Part shown: positions 1-9,993 of the stretch, piece after piece
How positions within the stretch are numbered: position 1 is the first letter of the stretch
Layout: each line of letters opens with the position of its first letter
DNA from: Deltaproteobacteria bacterium
GTDB taxonomy: Bacteria; Myxococcota_A; UBA9160; SMWR01
Assembly: GCA_032128115.1 (NCBI GenBank)
Contig: JAQBHB010000040.1
Coordinates: 32,001 to 96,000 of the forward strand
DNA: 64,000 nt
Reading direction: 5' to 3'
Made by a program: the position numbers and the translations under genes
The notes under the pieces: generated by a model
What the model was told of the DNA's origin: nothing
Seen by the model: the letters and a program-made list of their open reading frames with translations, nothing else
Database searches by the model: none

Positions 1-800
1 GGCTCCTCCACGTTCATCTCGAACTCGCCGCCGAGCAGGCGGAACAGGTTGCGGGGATGGTCCGACGCGATGGGAAGCTGGCTCGGGTCGGGATAGCGAC
101 CGGTGAGGATCGCGGGGATCGCGTGCTCGGTGAGGGCGTGCACTCCGCTGGCCCGGCGGAACCACAGGGCTTCGCGGGACAGCCGGGCGAAGGCCGGGTA
201 GCGGATCGGGTCGATGTGGTCGGGCGCATCCAGGAGCGAAGTGGTGGGAAGCTCATCGAATACCACCAGCACCACGGGGACGGCGAATCCGGCGGCCCCG
301 GGTGTCTCCGCCGCGGGCAGCGGTGAGGCGAGAAGCCTGCCGATGGACGCGTCGCTTGCGAAGGCCCACACGAAGATCAGGGGCGCCAGGGCCAGGGCGC
401 TGGTGAACCTGCGCACAAGCGAAAATCGCGCCCAGGCTGCGACGGCGGAGAGTCCGATCGCGAGGGCGAGGGCCAATGCCACGCCACCGGGAACCGGGAG
501 CTCGCGACCCAGGAAGGGCAGGGCCGTGGCCGCCACCAGCACGCCCACCCAGGCGAGGTGTTGGGCGATCGCAAGCGCGGGGCCCACCCGTGCCAGGAGT
601 TCTTCCAGGAGCCACGCCGCCGCAGGAATCGCGATGAGGAGGAAGGCCACGAGTCCGGCGATCTCGAAAAGGCCGGCGCGATGGGCCACCAGGAAGGGGG
701 GGTGGCGCTGGAGCAGCTCGAGCAGTGGTTGTGCCAGGGCGAGTGAGAAGAGTCCCGCGAGCTGCAGCCCGCGTGCCAGGGGGCCGCGGAAATCCCTCAC
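1..800 (-). CDS. Membrane-anchored sulfatase-like hydrolase/transferase, truncated at the left window edge
   Basis: Not in the ORF track. Manual translation from GTG at 800 (overlapping the upstream TGA) gives hydrophobic N-terminal helices, then VVLVVFDELPTTSLLD...YPAFARLSREALWF...HALTEHAIPAILTGRYP, an alkaline-phosphatase/sulfatase superfamily pattern; the frame runs off the edge. Confidence 0.75.
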   Translation of the reverse strand, partial: MRDFRGPLARGLQLAGLFSLALAQPLLELLQRHPPFLVAHRAGLFEIAGLVAFLLIAIPAAAWLLEELLARVGPALAIAQHLAWVGVLVAATALPFLGRELPVPGGVALALALAIGLSAVAAWARFSLVRRFTSALALAPLIFVWAFASDASIGRLLASPLPAAETPGAAGFAVPVVLVVFDELPTTSLLDAPDHIDPIRYPAFARLSREALWFRRASGVHALTEHAIPAILTGRYPDPSQLPIASDHPRNLFRLLGGEFEMNVEE

Positions 801-2017
801 GCCAGTCGACGCGACGCCCACTCCTCGAGCACGGCGGCGAGTGCCTCGGGCGAGTTCAGGGACGGGTCTTCTACGACCCGGTCGGTGAGGTAGGTCAGGG
901 CGTGTCCCACCTGGGCTCCCGGCGGGCAGCCCAATTGCTTCATGACATCGTGACCACTCACGGCCAGGTCCAGACGTTGGAGCGCCAGCTGACCGTGGGC
1001 CAGCACGCGTTCGATCGTCTGCACCAGCTCGCCCAGGCGCTCGCGCGCCTGGCTCGCGTCGGGTTGGCGCGAAGCGTCGCCGTGGCGAAGCTCGGCGTTG
1101 CGCAGGGCCAGCATCCCCGACATCAGGTCTTCGCCGGCGCGCTTGATCAGGCGTCGCACGTCTCCGTCGTGGCCCACGTCCACGTCTGCATCGATCGGGT
1201 GCATCTGGACCATCCGGTCCACCCGCTCACTCAGCCGCTTGGGGAAGCGCCGACGGCGCAGAAGGCCCGCGGCACGGGTTCCCCGCAGCCAGCCCGCCAG
1301 GCGAAGCTCCAGGTTCCACGGCAGCGCGGGGACGACGGCCACAGCGTCCGCCGGTGCGTCGGGCGCCAGGTCGGCTTCGATGCCCGTTCGTCGCAACAGT
1401 GCCAGGGCCTCCCCGACATCGGACCCCAGAAGCAGGCTGCTGAGTTCGCGGCGGATCCGCTCCGCGGCCACGCCTCCGAGTCCCGAGCGGGCCCCGACCA
1501 TGGCCTTCTCGACGTCCGCGTCGGCGGCCAGGCCCAGGGTCGAAACCAGGCGGGCGCCCCGGAGGGCTCGCAGCGGATCTTCGGCGAAGCGATCGGCGGC
1601 GGACCCGACGGCGCGCAGCCTGCCCTTGGACAGGTCCGAGCGGCCCTCGAACGGATCGAACAGCAGGCACTCGCGCACGTCGTAGGCCATCGCGTTCACC
1701 GTGAAGTCGCGGTGAGCCAGGTCGTCTTCGATGCGGGATCCGCTGCGAAAGTGCGTCACGTCCACGGGGCCCCCGGGCGTGGGCACCATGACGGTTCCGT
1801 GTTGCAGGCCGATGGGAATCGCGTTGGGAAACAGCGACAGCAACGACTCGGTGGGCGCAGACGTGGCCAGATCAAAATCCGAAACGGAGCGGCCCTGGAT
1901 CAGGTCACGGACGCATCCGCCCACCAGGTAGATCTGGTGGTCGGCAGCCGCCAGGATCTCGACGAGCGCTCGCACCGCTGCCGGAATCGGCGAGAGTTCG
2001 CAGGGAATCGGCTCCAC
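797..2017 (-). CDS. Class II tRNA nucleotidyltransferase (CCA family, probably CC-adding)
   Basis: LVGGCVRD..DFDLAT (motif A), RDFTVNAMA (motif B), RFAEDPLRALR (motif D), AERIRREL. Confidence 0.9.
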   Translation of the reverse strand: MEPIPCELSPIPAAVRALVEILAAADHQIYLVGGCVRDLIQGRSVSDFDLATSAPTESLLSLFPNAIPIGLQHGTVMVPTPGGPVDVTHFRSGSRIEDDLAHRDFTVNAMAYDVRECLLFDPFEGRSDLSKGRLRAVGSAADRFAEDPLRALRGARLVSTLGLAADADVEKAMVGARSGLGGVAAERIRRELSSLLLGSDVGEALALLRRTGIEADLAPDAPADAVAVVPALPWNLELRLAGWLRGTRAAGLLRRRRFPKRLSERVDRMVQMHPIDADVDVGHDGDVRRLIKRAGEDLMSGMLALRNAELRHGDASRQPDASQARERLGELVQTIERVLAHGQLALQRLDLAVSGHDVMKQLGCPPGAQVGHALTYLTDRVVEDPSLNSPEALAAVLEEWASRRLA

Positions 2018-2210
2018 CCGGAGAGTCTACACCGTTGCCGGCCGGCGCTCCGGGTCGCAATCGGTGGGGTATGCTGAAATCCGGATGCCGCCGGCTGGGT
2101 CTGCCCGCTGGCGCTTCCGGAGCGGGAGCGTCGTGAATTCGAACCTGCCGGTGCCGATCTCTCGGGTCTTTGGCTCCAACCCGGGGCTGCAGCGGTTTCT
2201 TCCCAGACCG

Positions 2211-3035
2211 ATGCGCTCGATGCTGCGGGAGCTGGAGGAGCGCATCGCGCGAATTCCCACGCGCCTGAACGAGTTCGGCTACGACCCGTTTGGCTTCGAT
2301 CCCGAATACGCGCGGCCCCTGCTGCTGCTGATGATGCTGGTCTACCGCCACTGGTTCCGGGTGGAGACGACGGGCGTGGAGAAAGTTCCCGAGGGACGCG
2401 TGTTGCTGATCGCCAACCACGCGGGCAATACCTTCGCCTGGGATGGGGCGATGCTGGCCATGTCGCTTCTACTCGATCACGAGCCGCCGCGCATGGTGCG
2501 GGGCATGGGTGAGTTCTATCTGACGAAGATCCCGTTCTTCAACGTCTTCATGCACCGGGTGGGCTCGGTGGTGGGAACGCCCGAGAACTGCGCCTACCTG
2601 CTGGAGCGCGAAGAGGCGATCATGGCGTTTCCCGAGGGCCAGCGCGGCTTCGTGAAGACCTGGCGTCAGCGATACCAGTTACAGCGCTTCGGCATGGGCT
2701 TCATGCGGCTCGCCATGGAGACCGAAACGCCGATCGTGCCGGTGGGCATCGTGGGGGGCGAGGAACAATCGCCGGGCCTGGCGAACGTGCGCCCGTTGGG
2801 GAAGCTGATCGGAGCCCCCGCGTTTCCCATCACCCTGGGCTTTCCCCTGTTGGGGCCTGCGGGTTTCCTGCCACTTCCCGTGAAGTATCGCCTGCACTAC
2901 GGCGAGCCCCTGCACTTCCAGGGCGACCCCAGCGAGGACGACGCCACGGTGGAGAAGAAAGTGGAGGCGGTGAAGCAGGCCATCCGTGGCCTGATCGACG
3001 AGGCCCGCCGGGCCCGCAAGGGGTGGTTCTCCTAG
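2211..3035 (+). CDS. Lysophospholipid/glycerol acyltransferase family protein
   Basis: ANHAG..WD, FPEG and PIVPVGIVG motifs; start trimmed from the ORF track. Confidence 0.85.
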   Translation: MRSMLRELEERIARIPTRLNEFGYDPFGFDPEYARPLLLLMMLVYRHWFRVETTGVEKVPEGRVLLIANHAGNTFAWDGAMLAMSLLLDHEPPRMVRGMGEFYLTKIPFFNVFMHRVGSVVGTPENCAYLLEREEAIMAFPEGQRGFVKTWRQRYQLQRFGMGFMRLAMETETPIVPVGIVGGEEQSPGLANVRPLGKLIGAPAFPITLGFPLLGPAGFLPLPVKYRLHYGEPLHFQGDPSEDDATVEKKVEAVKQAIRGLIDEARRARKGWFS

Positions 3036-3086
3036 CGCCTGCATGTGGCTTCAGCCGGGGCGCTGTCGGGCCGATGTGTGGGGAGC

Positions 3087-3326
3087 ATGGTCCGCCGCTT
3101 GCTTCTGTCTGTCAGTGCCCTCGGGCTTTCCGGCTGCCTGCTTCCCACCCATGGGACGCCGGTCTTCGTGGACCTGCGGGCCGGGGAGTTCTGGTCCGGA
3201 CGAGGCGTGCTCACCGAGGTTTCCGAGGACCAATCGCGCTGCCGGGTCTCGGTACGCGACCGCGCGCTGGTGGTCAAGGACTTCTGGGTCGACTGCGCCT
3301 GGATCCACCCGCGCCACAGCCGCTGA
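3087..3326 (+). CDS. Small putative lipoprotein
   Basis: MVRRLLLSVSALGLSGC lipobox, GGAG upstream. Confidence 0.6.
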   Translation: MVRRLLLSVSALGLSGCLLPTHGTPVFVDLRAGEFWSGRGVLTEVSEDQSRCRVSVRDRALVVKDFWVDCAWIHPRHSR

Positions 3327-3342
3327 AATCCCCCGCGTCCGA

Positions 3343-4704
3343 TCAGTCCAGATAGCCCAGGGCCCGCAGCTGCTCGCGCTGCTCGTCATCCACGCCCGAC
3401 ACGGATCCCGGTGTGCTCTGGTGGGGCGATTGCTCCATCCGTGTCCAGTGGTCGCGCAGGATCTTCGCGAGCCGTTGGTCCCGCGCCAGATCGCTTCCGG
3501 CCAGGTCCTTCTGCTCGCTGGGGTCGGCGCGCCAGTCGAAGATCTGGAGCTTGCCGGAGCGACGGTCCGCCACGGCGTGGAGGTCGCCCACGATGGCACT
3601 CCCGATCGCGGGCCCGGTCATGAGCTCGCTGAACCGGGTGCGATCCCCTGGCGCGGCTCGCTCGCCGCGCATCCACTCCAGCACCGATTCGCCCTCGGTG
3701 GGTGGAGCCGGGACGCCTAGCAGATCCAGCAGCGTGGGCATCACGTCGGCGAGCCCCACGGGTTCGGTCACCACCCTGGGTTCCAGGCCCGGGCCCGCGA
3801 CGATCCAGGGAATGCGGAGCGTTTCGATGAAGAGCGTCTGGTGCCCGATGCTTCCGTGCTCCAGGAACTCCTCGCCGTGGTCCGAGACCACGACCACGAA
3901 ACTGCGCTCCAGCACGCCGGTCTTCGCAAGATCTGCGAAGAACGCCTTCAGCAGGTCGTCCGCGTAACGGATGCCCGCGTCGTAGCGGTCCGACAGGAAG
4001 CGGGCCTGCCCCTCGTTGAGCGACATGGCGTTGTAGTCCGGGTTGCCGCAGCGGCCCCGGGTTTCCAGATGGTCCTCGGCGGGGCGCGAGTCGAAGCGCG
4101 TGGCGTGGCTGTCCGGGGGATCGTACGGGCAGTGCAGGTCGAAGGTATGGAGGAAGGCGAAGAAGGGCTCCTCGGGATCCAGCCGCGAGATGCGACGCGC
4201 CGCCGATTTGAGCGCTGCGGCCAGACCCAGGGGCGATTGCTCGCCGGTCTGGGCGTTCTCGGAGGCACTGACGTAGTTCTCGAAGCCGCGCCCGAATCCG
4301 AAGTTGGGCGCCACGTAGAGCCCACCGGTGAAGGCGAAGGTGCGGTAGCCGGCGTCGCGCAACACCTCGGTCAGCGTGGGCACTTCCTCCGAGAGCATGC
4401 GGTCGTGACTCGTGACCCCGTGAAGGGTTGGCGGCAGACCGGTGAACAGGGTCATGTGGGAGGGAAGGGTCCAGCTCGACTCGGCGATCACGGTGTCGAA
4501 GCGCACGCCCCGCGCGGCCAGGGCGTCCAGTGCGGGGCTCGTGTCCCGGTCGTATCCGTAGGCGCCGAGACGATCGGCGCGCAGGGTATCCAGGGAGATC
4601 AGGATCAGGCTGTGCGGGGTCGAGGGCCGGCCTCCACTGCAGGCGAGCGCAAGCACGACGGCGCCGGCGGCAAACAGGGCCGCGGCCCCGTGGCGGATCA
4701 GCAT
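3343..4704 (-). CDS. Sulfatase-like hydrolase/transferase (lipoprotein)
   Basis: LISLDTLRAD, SSWTLPSHMTLFTG, SDHGEEF, C-terminal LRALGYL; LALAC lipobox. Confidence 0.85.
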   Translation of the reverse strand: MLIRHGAAALFAAGAVVLALACSGGRPSTPHSLILISLDTLRADRLGAYGYDRDTSPALDALAARGVRFDTVIAESSWTLPSHMTLFTGLPPTLHGVTSHDRMLSEEVPTLTEVLRDAGYRTFAFTGGLYVAPNFGFGRGFENYVSASENAQTGEQSPLGLAAALKSAARRISRLDPEEPFFAFLHTFDLHCPYDPPDSHATRFDSRPAEDHLETRGRCGNPDYNAMSLNEGQARFLSDRYDAGIRYADDLLKAFFADLAKTGVLERSFVVVVSDHGEEFLEHGSIGHQTLFIETLRIPWIVAGPGLEPRVVTEPVGLADVMPTLLDLLGVPAPPTEGESVLEWMRGERAAPGDRTRFSELMTGPAIGSAIVGDLHAVADRRSGKLQIFDWRADPSEQKDLAGSDLARDQRLAKILRDHWTRMEQSPHQSTPGSVSGVDDEQREQLRALGYLD

Positions 4705-4805
4705 TCGATGCAAGCGATTCTCCCGGTCGGCCCGAGAAGGTATCACCCGCATCCTGGGGCGGCGCACGGGGTGAATGGGTCCTGTGATACCCTGCTGCGT
4801 CCACC

Positions 4806-7103
4806 GTGTCCGACCGAGGTGACGTGCAGGGCCCCGTGTGGCGGCGTTGGGCCATTCCAGCGCTGGGTCTCATCGCGTTGGTCGGCGGCTTCCTGGCAGA
4901 GCGGATCCTGTGGCCGGCCGACGCCGTCGGCGACAACAGCTTCGATCTGCGCTTCCAGTACTTTCCACTCTACGAGATCACCTTCGACGCCCTGGCAGCG
5001 GGTCGGCTCCCGACCTGGAATCCCTTCCATCTCACCGGCGTGCCCTGGTTGGCGACCCTGCAGGCGGGAACCTTCTACCCGCCCCATCTCCTGTACCTGT
5101 GGCTTCCCACCGGCATCGGCCTGGCCCTGAATCACGCCCTGCACCTGGCGTGGATTGCTGCGACCACGGCAGCCTTTGCCCGGCGAGTCGGTTTGGCGCC
5201 CGCGGCCGCCGGCCTGGCGGCCGTCCTCTTCACGCTGAGCGGAACGCTCCAGTGGTGGCTCTTCTGGCCCAACATGCTGGAGGCCGGCGCATGGCTTCCC
5301 CTGGGCTGCATTGGCGTGGTCGGGCTCGCGCGCGGCGAGGGGCTGCGCTCGCTGTGTCTGCTGACGGCGGCCACGGGCATGAGTCTGCTGGCGGGGCACC
5401 CCCAGGTGACGACGTTCGTATTCTACGCCTGGGCCACGCTGTTCTTCGCGCTTCGGGTGGGCGGGGTGGGCGGCACCGGCAACAGCGCGCGCGGGGCCGC
5501 GTTGTTCGCCGGCGCGCTCGGGCTCGGCCTGCTGGTGGCTGCGGTGCAGATGCTTCCCACCCTGGAGTTCATCCGCGAGGGCACCCGGGCCGCGGGCGGA
5601 CTTGGCCCCGAGGCCGCCAGGGCATTGGGGGCCCCCCGTTTCGAGTTCGTACACCAGGTGATCGCGGGCACGCGGCTCTCGTTCGGCGCCGTGGTACTGG
5701 CGCTGGCGCCGGCCGCCCTGTTCGTGCGCTCCCAGCGCCGTCTCGCCGTCTGGTCGCTGGCGTTGGCCGGGGTTTCGGCGGCCCTCGCCCTGGGCTCGTC
5801 CACGTGGTTGTTGGACGTGTACCTGGCGCTCCCGGGAATCGGGTGGTTTCGCCAGACCCACCGGCTGCTGTTCCTCTCCCAGTTCGCCGGAGCCGTGGCG
5901 TGTGGGATCGCATTTGACGGTCTGCTGCGCCGGGATTGTCGGCCGGCGCTTCCGGTGGCGATCGCGGGCCTGCTGTCGGCCATCTCGTGGTTGGGCGGTG
6001 CCACGGGGGCTGCGATTGCGGCAGCCGCGGCGGGTCTGGCCCTGGCCCTGTGGTGGGGGCGGCCGCGGATCCCCGTGCGCATGGCGTCCGCGTTGCTGTT
6101 GGGGGTGGCGGCAATCGATCTCATGGTCTCGCTGCCACTGCGCGAGCCGCTTCCGTACGGGGCTCGATGGGCCGCCCGGTACGATCGGGACACGGCGGTG
6201 TACGAGCACGTGGCCGCGCTGGTCGGGTCCGACCGCGCGGTGTGGCTGCTGCATCGGGACCAGGGCGTGAAGCTGGCCGAGCGATACGGCGTGCGACGTG
6301 TCGGCGGCTTCGAGGCCTTCAGTTTCGAGCGCCAGGAGCAGTATTTCCGCTACCTGCAGTACGCGATCCCGGGGTCCCCCATGCCGGGACTGTTCTTCTC
6401 TGGTGGCGTGCTGCTACCCCGCGACCCGGCCGGAGAATCGCCGGTGGCGTGGTACCAGGGGATTGCGTCGCGCCGGCGGTTGCTCGATCTGGCCGCCGCC
6501 CGATGGTTCGTGGTGCCGGTTCGCCTGTCCCTCGACGAGGCCGACGCGGGCCGCAGTTTCCTGGTCGACGCGAAGCTCCGCCGCCACGGTCCGGCCGGCG
6601 ACGATTTCACGGTCTACGAGAACCCGGCCGCGCTGCCCCGGGCCTTCGTGACGTATCGCGCGGCGCCGGCGCCGGATGCCGACGCGCTGCTTGCGCGGCT
6701 CAGCCGTCCGGATTTCGATCCACTGTGGCAGAGCTACGTGCAGGGCGACCCGGGCTTCGACGCGCACCCGGGTGCGCCAGCGCGTGGGCACCCCGCGGCG
6801 ATCGTGCGGGATGACGCAGACGCCGTTGAGATCGAGGCCGATCTGGCGGCCCCCGGGCTGGTGGTGCTGGCGGACGCCTACGGCGGAGGCTGGCGGGCGC
6901 AGGTGGACGGCGAGGACGCCACGATCGTGGCCACGAATCATCTCTTTCGCGGGGTGCGAGCCCCTGCCGGCCATCACCGGGTCCGCTTCGCGTACCGGGC
7001 GCCGGGCCTGGCGGCCGGGGCGGGGGCCTCGCTGCTTGGCATTGCAGCCCTGGTATTCCTGACCTGGCGCAGTATTGCCCCGGCTTCGCGGCCACACGCA
7101 TGA
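4806..7103 (+). CDS. YfhO-like polytopic membrane protein (putative GT-C glycosyltransferase)
   Basis: LPTWNPF..G.P.LA..Q...FYP, AGHPQ, C-terminal ENPAALPRAF and GWRAQVDG..ANHLFRGV..PAG.H.V.F.Y. Confidence 0.8.
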   Translation: MSDRGDVQGPVWRRWAIPALGLIALVGGFLAERILWPADAVGDNSFDLRFQYFPLYEITFDALAAGRLPTWNPFHLTGVPWLATLQAGTFYPPHLLYLWLPTGIGLALNHALHLAWIAATTAAFARRVGLAPAAAGLAAVLFTLSGTLQWWLFWPNMLEAGAWLPLGCIGVVGLARGEGLRSLCLLTAATGMSLLAGHPQVTTFVFYAWATLFFALRVGGVGGTGNSARGAALFAGALGLGLLVAAVQMLPTLEFIREGTRAAGGLGPEAARALGAPRFEFVHQVIAGTRLSFGAVVLALAPAALFVRSQRRLAVWSLALAGVSAALALGSSTWLLDVYLALPGIGWFRQTHRLLFLSQFAGAVACGIAFDGLLRRDCRPALPVAIAGLLSAISWLGGATGAAIAAAAAGLALALWWGRPRIPVRMASALLLGVAAIDLMVSLPLREPLPYGARWAARYDRDTAVYEHVAALVGSDRAVWLLHRDQGVKLAERYGVRRVGGFEAFSFERQEQYFRYLQYAIPGSPMPGLFFSGGVLLPRDPAGESPVAWYQGIASRRRLLDLAAARWFVVPVRLSLDEADAGRSFLVDAKLRRHGPAGDDFTVYENPAALPRAFVTYRAAPAPDADALLARLSRPDFDPLWQSYVQGDPGFDAHPGAPARGHPAAIVRDDADAVEIEADLAAPGLVVLADAYGGGWRAQVDGEDATIVATNHLFRGVRAPAGHHRVRFAYRAPGLAAGAGASLLGIAALVFLTWRSIAPASRPHA

Positions 7104-7897
7104 GCGAAGACGCCCCGCCCGAGCTTTCGGTGGTGATTCCCCTCTACAACGGGGCCGCGTTCGTGAAGGAGCGGTTGCACGTGTTGTGCGATGCACTCGA
7201 GAGCCACGGTCGCAGCTACGAGGTGATCGTGGTGGACGACGGCAGCAGCGACGACTCGGCCCGGCTCGTGCGCGAGGCGGGCCGGCCCCGGGTGCGCCTG
7301 CTGTCCATGCCAGGCAATCAGGGCAAGTTCGCGGCGCTGCAGGTCGGGATGGCCGAGTGCCGCGGGCGCTGCCATCTCTTTACGGACGCGGACGTACCCT
7401 ACGATCTGGAGGCGCTGCCGGTCATGGCTGCCAGCGTCCTGGACGCGGGCCATGACCTGGCCATCGGTGATCGCAACCTGCCGGGAAGCCGTTACTCGGA
7501 GAAACTCAACCCGGTGCGGGCACTGGCCACGAGGATTTTTACCCGGGTGGTGCGGGCGTTCCTGACGGAGGGACTTCCGGACACCCAGTGCGGGCTCAAG
7601 GCGTTTCGCGCCGATGCGGCCCGCGGCCTGTTTCCGATGCTTCGCGAGCGCGGGTTCGCAGGCGATGTGGAGCTGGTCTACCTGGCGGTCAAGTATCGGC
7701 TCTCGATCCAGCGGGTGCCGGTGCGGCTGGTGTTCCAGGGGCGTTCCAGCGTGCGTCCGCTTCGCGACGCGCTGTCCATGCTCAAGGCCATCGCGGCCCT
7801 GCCCCGGCGTTTCCGGGCCGGAGACTACGCATCCCGCGAGCTCGAGGCGTTGGGGGGGCAGGGGCGTGGCGCCGCCGATCAGTCGTTGCGCAGATAG
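7100..7897 (+). CDS. Family 2 glycosyltransferase (polyprenyl-phosphate sugar synthase-like)
   Basis: SVVIPLYN, VDDGSSD, NQGK, DAD, DTQCGLKAF; 4-nt overlap with the upstream gene. Confidence 0.9.
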   Translation: MSEDAPPELSVVIPLYNGAAFVKERLHVLCDALESHGRSYEVIVVDDGSSDDSARLVREAGRPRVRLLSMPGNQGKFAALQVGMAECRGRCHLFTDADVPYDLEALPVMAASVLDAGHDLAIGDRNLPGSRYSEKLNPVRALATRIFTRVVRAFLTEGLPDTQCGLKAFRADAARGLFPMLRERGFAGDVELVYLAVKYRLSIQRVPVRLVFQGRSSVRPLRDALSMLKAIAALPRRFRAGDYASRELEALGGQGRGAADQSLRR

Positions 7898-9168
7898 CCC
7901 AGGGCCTTGAGCTCGGCTTCCAGCTCCGGCGTCACGCCATGGAAGTGGGCGTCGAAGACGTGGCCGTGGTCGCCCGCCGCCTCGCGCACCGCAGCTTCGG
8001 CTTCGCCGAAATCTTCGCCAAGGGACCGGATTTCGCGCGGGTCGCTCTCCAGATCAAAGACCCCGCGGCGGATGGGTTTCTCGCTGGCCACGTCGAAGAA
8101 CTCGATGTACTTGCGGCCGCGATAGACCACGCCGTCGCTGCGCGCGCCAAAGGCGGAATTTCGCGAGAAGATGGGCCGCTCCTCGGAAAGCGTCTTCTCG
8201 CCCCGGATTTCCGGCATCAGGCTGATGCCCGGGCTGTGAGCCAGGGCGGGCAGGTCCAGCCAGTCCAGCAGGGTGGGGGCTACGTCCACGTTGCTGCAGG
8301 AGCCCGGGATGCGCCGCGCCTGGGTGACCCAGGCGCTCGGGAGGATCGCGAACGGGATCCGGAGATTGTAGTCGTGCACGCTGTGCTTCTGCTTCCGCCA
8401 CTCGGGCCCGGAGCCCACCTGCACGTCGTTGCCCAGGGCGCGTCCGTGATCCGAGGTGACCACGAAGATCACGTTGCCTTCGTAGCGCTCCATGAAATAG
8501 CGGTAGAGAGCCGCCACATGACCATCGACGTAGCGGATCGCCTCCGGATAACTGCCGGGAAAGGGTGCGCCGTCCCACGGCCCGTGCACGTCGATGTAAT
8601 GCACGTAGGTGAACTCGGGCCGGTCATAGGGATGGGCGTCGAACCAGGACAGGATCGCTTCGTTCACCGAGTTCGCGAACATCCGCTCGGGAATCCAGAC
8701 ACGCTCGTGGCCCCGGAACGGCCCCTGGCTGCGCACGAACTGACCGTCGAAGTGATCGAACCCCTCGTGGAAGACGTTCCAGTCCAACAAGAACGAGTTG
8801 GTGACGAAGGCGGCCGTGGCATAGCCCGAGGCGCGCAGTCGCTTGTGGAGCAGCGGCACCTCCGGGTCGAACTGGGAGAGGATGTTGTCGGTGGCGTGGC
8901 CGTCAGCGCCGTGTTGCTGCGGGTAGAGCCCCGACATGAGGGAGATGACCGACGGATAGGTCCAGGGAGCCGCCGCTCGCATGCCCTCGAACACGATGCC
9001 GCGCTCGGCAAGGGCGTTCACCTGCTGCAGGTAGCGCTGGGAGGAATCCCAGCGCAGCTGGTCGATCAGGATCACGACCACATTGCCCACGGGCAGGCGC
9101 GCGCAGCCCGCCGCCGCGGCGGACAGGGCCAGGATCGCGAGCACCTGACGAAGTCTTCGAACTCTCAT
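7879..9168 (-). CDS. Sulfatase-like hydrolase/transferase (lipoprotein)
   Basis: NVVVILIDQLRWD, APWTYPSVISLMSG, SDHG, ELKALGYL; AAGC lipobox; start trimmed to ATG 9168. Confidence 0.85.
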   Translation of the reverse strand: MRVRRLRQVLAILALSAAAAGCARLPVGNVVVILIDQLRWDSSQRYLQQVNALAERGIVFEGMRAAAPWTYPSVISLMSGLYPQQHGADGHATDNILSQFDPEVPLLHKRLRASGYATAAFVTNSFLLDWNVFHEGFDHFDGQFVRSQGPFRGHERVWIPERMFANSVNEAILSWFDAHPYDRPEFTYVHYIDVHGPWDGAPFPGSYPEAIRYVDGHVAALYRYFMERYEGNVIFVVTSDHGRALGNDVQVGSGPEWRKQKHSVHDYNLRIPFAILPSAWVTQARRIPGSCSNVDVAPTLLDWLDLPALAHSPGISLMPEIRGEKTLSEERPIFSRNSAFGARSDGVVYRGRKYIEFFDVASEKPIRRGVFDLESDPREIRSLGEDFGEAEAAVREAAGDHGHVFDAHFHGVTPELEAELKALGYLRND

Positions 9169-9212
9169 GACTGGAAGCGGCGAGAATAGCCGACGCCGCG
9201 GCCGCGGAAGCC

Positions 9213-9866
9213 CTAGAGGTCCTTCCAGGCGCGCTGGCCGTAGCGGTCCACGGACACCACCTCTTCCACCGGTCTGCGCGTGGTGGGGCCGTAGCGGCCC
9301 CGGGGCCAGCCCAATGGAACCACCGCGCACGGCATCACGTTCCAGGGGCAACCCAGGATGCGGCGCGCCGCGAAGCTGCTCCACAGGGGCAGGGTGATCA
9401 GGGCCGCGCCCAGCCCGGCGGCGCGGGCTGCAAGCAACAGGTTCTGGATCGAGGGATAGATCGACCCGTAGTAGCTCGACGCCATGATGGGCGGGAAGGG
9501 CAGGCGAACGCCCTTCAAGCACGCCACGACCAGAACCGGAGTCTCGGCGAAGTGGTCCGCCTGCCATTGCACCGCGTTCAGCAGCTTCAGCATCTTCGGG
9601 TCGTTGCGGGCCATGCGGCGGCCCAGGCCGCCGTAGAGGCGCCAGGCCCGCCGGTTCTGGCGGCCGAGCTTCGCCTTCACCTCCGGATCGCGCACCACGA
9701 TGAACTCCCAGTTCTGGGCGTTCGACCCGGTGGGCGCCTTCAGCGCCAGCTCGATCAGGCGCCGCACCAGGACGTCCTCCACGGGATCGGGCTTCAGGCG
9801 ACGGATGGCCCGCTGCGTGCGCATGGCCTCTTCGAGGGGCATCGTGAGCGGATCGATCTCTCCCAT
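9213..9866 (-). CDS. Nitroreductase family protein
   Basis: TQRAIRRLKPDPV, APTGSNAQNWEF, QNLLLAARAAGLG; GGAGG RBS. Confidence 0.9.
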   Translation of the reverse strand: MGEIDPLTMPLEEAMRTQRAIRRLKPDPVEDVLVRRLIELALKAPTGSNAQNWEFIVVRDPEVKAKLGRQNRRAWRLYGGLGRRMARNDPKMLKLLNAVQWQADHFAETPVLVVACLKGVRLPFPPIMASSYYGSIYPSIQNLLLAARAAGLGAALITLPLWSSFAARRILGCPWNVMPCAVVPLGWPRGRYGPTTRRPVEEVVSVDRYGQRAWKDL

Positions 9867-9935
9867 GGAGTTCCTCCCTGTGGCCGCCATGGTACCCGTC
9901 GCGGCCCCCCAGCGGGGGAGTCGGTCCGGCGGGCC

Positions 9936-9969
9936 TTGCCCGACGGGTTATACATTTGTACAATCAAAT
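9936..9969 (+). promoter_or_regulatory. Sigma70-type promoter with an overlapping inverted repeat (candidate TetR operator)
   Basis: TTGCCC(9936-41)-17 bp-TACAAT(9959-64); ATTTG-N6-CAAAT at 9954-9969 in an AT-rich patch between the divergent nitroreductase and TetR genes. Confidence 0.6.
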
Positions 9970-9993
9970 TGGTCGAACGTATAGGGGGCGCGA

